Below are positions 43,857 to 44,005 of a stretch of DNA of 44,005 nt, piece after piece. The first letter of the stretch is position 1; each line of letters begins with the position of its first letter. Made by a program: the position numbers and the translations under genes. The notes under the pieces were generated by a model. That model had not been told where the DNA came from and searched no databases. It saw only the letters and a list, made by a program, of their open reading frames with translations. The stretch lies in sequence record OZ035727.1. One strand, 5' to 3'. The stretch comes from Vectrevirus T205P4.

Positions 43857-44005
43857 ATGATTAACTCCGAACTGGTAGATAGTGGTGTGAAGCTTGCGCC
43901 ACCTGCACTCGTATCAGGTGGGTACTTCCTCGGTATCAGTTGGGATAATTGGGTGTTAATAGCAACATTCATTTATACCGTGTTGCAAATTGGGGACTGG
44001 TTTTA
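43857..44005 (+). CDS. Holin, T7 gp17.5-like (class II), 5' part; ORF runs off the window end
   Basis: AAGGAGG RBS; ...ATFIYTVLQIGDWF aligns with T7 holin ...AAIAYTVVQIGAKV as I recall it. Confidence 0.7.
   Translation, partial: MINSELVDSGVKLAPPALVSGGYFLGISWDNWVLIATFIYTVLQIGDWF

Noticed and set aside
1-44005. Prophage or plasmid context (integrase, repressor, partition genes)
   Set aside because: None found; all genes unidirectional with T7-type modules, consistent with a strictly lytic phage genome rather than an integrated or accessory element.

Overview
The window reads as essentially one complete, circularly permuted genome (about 44 kb) of a T7-supergroup podovirus of the SP6/K1-5 type (Autographiviridae). 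All calls rest on reading the sequence and ORF translations against remembered family features; no database search was run. Every credible gene is on the + strand; the minus-strand ORFs look like antisense artefacts. Key evidence: an 875-aa single-subunit RNA polymerase closely matching the SP6 enzyme as I remember it, and 12 copies of an SP6-like phage promoter (consensus ATTTACYGGACACTATAGAAGRG). Gene order in the window: small and large terminase; two tandem paralogous small genes; a lysis cassette; two tailspike genes; a ~1 kb non-coding genome-terminal region (about 7.9-8.9 kb); an early region with host-type promoters, T7-like RNase III motifs and a clear Ocr homolog; RNA polymerase; a putative replication origin; primase/helicase; an HNH endonuclease; DNA polymerase; a DNA-metabolism block (exonuclease, endonuclease VII-like nuclease, metallophosphoesterase, DUF3310 protein, ligase, GNAT acetyltransferase); then the structural module ending in a tail-fiber adaptor and a T7-type holin that runs off the window end and apparently continues at base 1. 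Most of the window is a recognisable lytic phage, not a novel system. The parts I consider genuinely unexplained are a 16-bp palindrome family (GTCTCACAYGTGAGAC), the tandem paralog pair after the terminase, the GNAT acetyltransferase, several acidic early proteins near ocr, and a recurring acidic aromatic-terminated C-terminal tail on replication proteins.
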